A DNA stretch of 64,000 bases, filler included, from Gonapodya sp. JEL0774 (taxonomy: Eukaryota): assembly GCA_027604505.1 (NCBI GenBank). It is 18 parts of 18 records of this genome, joined end to end, with 100 filler letters (N's around TTAATTAATTAA, not from the genome) between each part and the next. Parts side by side here need not be neighbours in the genome. Positions count along the whole stretch, not along the records: positions 60,883 to 64,000 come from JADIIX010001456.1; 17 more parts are not named here. The stretch is one strand, 5' to 3'. This document shows positions 61,425-64,000 of this stretch, in pieces (within the stretch, counting starts at the first letter, position 1; each line of letters starts with the position of its first letter). Under the pieces are notes generated by a model. The model did no database searches, was not told the DNA's origin, and worked only from the letters and a program-made list of their open reading frames with translations. The position numbers and the translations under genes were made by a program.

Positions 61425-63260
61425 CTACACCTTCTTCCTCTTTTGAGGAGGTGCCCAGTCCACGGACCTTGCCGAAACTGACTCGCGATTCACCTCTCGG
61501 CAATCTCGGCATCTAGGAATCAAACGTTCGAACGGTATCAGCAGTGCGTCGATCGCATAGGTACACCACCACGTTCATCGATTACGCACAACCACACTTC
61601 CCGAGTAGTATTGAACGCGGTCTCGCCAACACACTCCTCATGCCATACGTTCTCGCACAAGTCGCAGCGCATTAGAGTTTCATCCTCGCCCCCAATTGAG
61701 CAGCATTCCTCGCAAGGATAAAGAGGTGGTACGTGACTGAAAAGGTCGGGCGCAGCACATTCGCGCTAAACATCGGTATTCGCAGAAACAGTTTGCTTCA
61801 GAGCCCTCTTCACCGGGAGGAGAAGTTCCTTGTTGCTAGGCGTATTGGCACACAGAAACGTTTCGATCTCCGCCCGTCCCTGCACGGCTGGCACCCCCGC
61901 CATCGCCGCACAGAGCCTTTCCAACTGCATTTCCTCCTTTTCCAATTCTTCCAGCTCCACCTTCAGTACCACAACTTGTGCAAACGCTGAATCAGACTCT
62001 TGTGTTGTGATGGCGATCTGTCGCTGAAGGGTGCGAGCGAGTTGCGCTTGTCGGTGCGATTCCCGTTGTCCATTCCAGATAGCTGCCATGTAATCCAAAA
62101 CCACGGAATCAAGCTCTATGGACGGCCTGCTGATCGCCCACTGTGCACAGAATATATAAGTCATGTCCAAGCAATTGTCAGCCGCCATTCAGGGTAATCA
62201 GAATGACCGGTAGAATTTCAGTACTTGCCCTGATATTGTCAAGTACGCCATGAAGGAGACAATATTGAAAGTATTGACTCTCGACAGACGGGGATGGTCT
62301 CGCGACCGAGAAGCCACTATGATTAGTATGCGGAAGTCATGGGCTGCGCAACGGTTTCTCACTCGTAAACGTGAACTCAGCTGTAAGTCTGTCACAATTT
62401 ATATAGGAAAGACGTTAATCCGATTGTAACGGATATCTACCGCATCCTCGACTCACATGCGCGGCGCTGTGATGTACGCGATTGCGACATCCACCGGTGT
62501 CGCACTCCATTGTGATGCCTTGACTTTTCGTGCCTATTGAACAAAGCTTATCGCACACTGTCAGCTGAATCCTTTCGTTGATTGTGCATCTGGTGGGCGG
62601 AGTGGTTCACCTTGTCCTACTCCACATCCTCGAAATGAATATGCGAGATTTGTGATATGTTCCCACATTCACTTGCAGTGATAATGCGCGATGTTATGTG
62701 ATTTTGAGAAACCTTTCTGATCGCAGTTTTCCCTGTCAACCGACTCACTTCCAGGTGCCAACAAGCGCAAACCACGTGTATCCACCCTTCTGTTTCTCCA
62801 CCGTGCCGGTTGACTGGCTTCAAAACTCCCTGGTCTGCCCACGGATCTGCGCAGGCCACACATTTGGCAGTACCGCCTTCTCCTGACGCACACCGATCGC
62901 ACAGCCAGTGAGGACTGGAAGGGGCGGAGGGAAAGGCACCGATGCATGATATATGTGCAGCAACAGAGCATGATAGAGAATCGCTCTAGGAGGAAGAGAG
63001 GGTAGGTAGCTGGGTCGGTGAGTGGATGCCGAAGGAGAACTAAATACTCACAAACAGTATTGCATCTGTGGTCCCGAGAGACAAGTGCTCGTCAAGACAT
63101 ACACGGCACAGTCCAAGCTGTGCTTTTTTCTTCCAAACTAGGTGCCGGTGACGTCATGCGCGCCTCGAAATTTCATTCACTTACCCAAGTGATCAGCATT
63201 ACTATCACGGGATCGTCTACATTCATCGCAGGTGGATCCGTTGCGAGTTGATCTAACTTG
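61425..63260 (-). pseudogene. PZP (PHD-knuckle-PHD) chromatin reader with an extra C-terminal PHD; frame disruptions suggest decay
   Basis: CDEC..., AHISC...HWLCDRC, CVAC..QGVLKP...WIHVVCACWHLEV, CDKLC...GITMECDTGGCRNRVH, coiled coil, then CEEC...MRCDLCENVWHEEC...WL|CRDC...PPQKRKKV*. I could not reconcile the frames near 62570-62620. Confidence 0.6.
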
Positions 63261-64000
63261 GAGTGGTAGAGGCTGCGCGATTGGACGCTTCTGCATACAG
63301 GAGTGAGTCGGAGAGAAGCGTGTTGGCCGTGCACTAAGTATATCTAAGCGTGTGCCATTCATTCAAAAATAACATTGAGTCATGGCAAATCGGAGTCAAC
63401 TCAATCATAGCGGTAACTATGTGCATACTGGTCTGTACTAGCCGCGCCACTGGTCAGTAGCTTCAACACTTGAACAATAACACATCCCGATGTATATATT
63501 ACGATATCGGAGTGTCATTTCCTCCCTGCTTCCACGTCTGCTCGCCTCCTTATGGTGACTTTGATAAGCAGCTTACAGCAGTCTCCTACAGGAAATTGAC
63601 GACTTCGAACTTACAGTTCTGAACCTTATTCCGTAACGTGGCACTGCTCTTACGCTCGGATGTCAGTCCCATGATCCCGAAGCAGCTGTATGACGGCCAT
63701 GTGTTCTTTGGAGCCGGAGCGCGCAATGAAAACGATGAACGAGTTCCAGTATGACCAGTTTGGCTCAATTGTGCGAGAGCAAGTGGTGTAAAGTTTGACA
63801 TCACCTATGTGTGCAGGTAGTGGCAGGCAGCGGGGTCACGTAATGGAGTCTGGGCGTCAGGGGGAAGGAGGAGGTTCTTGCTGTGGCCTCGATCACGACC
63901 TCTGCTTTTCTCCTGAAGACAACACTGAGTCGCCAATCTCACGGCCATCACAAAGACAAAACCTTCCTCCGTACAATCCCATCAGATGTCGAGACATTTG

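Noticed and set aside
28324..61768. Several in-frame TAG codons (28324, ~29021, 49779, 61766) suggesting stop-codon reassignment
   Set aside because: Intact genes here terminate at TAG (acyltransferase, MscL, decarboxylase), and most of the affected loci also show frameshifts. Decay or introns explain them better.

Overview
This window is not continuous DNA. It is 18 unrelated ~3.5-kb contigs, sorted by decreasing length and joined by an artificial 100-nt spacer (44 N + TTAATTAATTAA + 44 N), so gene neighbourhoods mean something only within a contig. The DNA is eukaryotic, with many short GT-AG introns. Gene content points to an early-diverging, probably zoosporic, fungus (inference, chytrid/Monoblepharidomycete-like): vinculin tail, SSRP1 with an HMG box, CBM18 chitin deacetylase, Ilv1 and Aim18/46. 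I spliced exons by hand to recover about 30 whole or partial genes, a decayed PIF/Harbinger transposon and several pseudogene-like fragments. Most notable: (1) a globin-fold protein with a long disordered N-terminus and a C-terminal CaaX box (CMTCAIL), lying tail-to-tail with (2) an 8-exon MscL-family channel with a divergent gate and a CxxC-CxxC tail; (3) a plant/amoebozoan-type cycloeucalenol cycloisomerase (CPI1) homolog; (4) two paralogs of an unrecognised secreted Pro-rich, 6-Cys-module family; (5) a bacterial-type PLP decarboxylase, with a GC-AG intron and a 1-nt frameshift, next to an amino-acid transporter. All family assignments come from motif recognition by eye; no searches were run.
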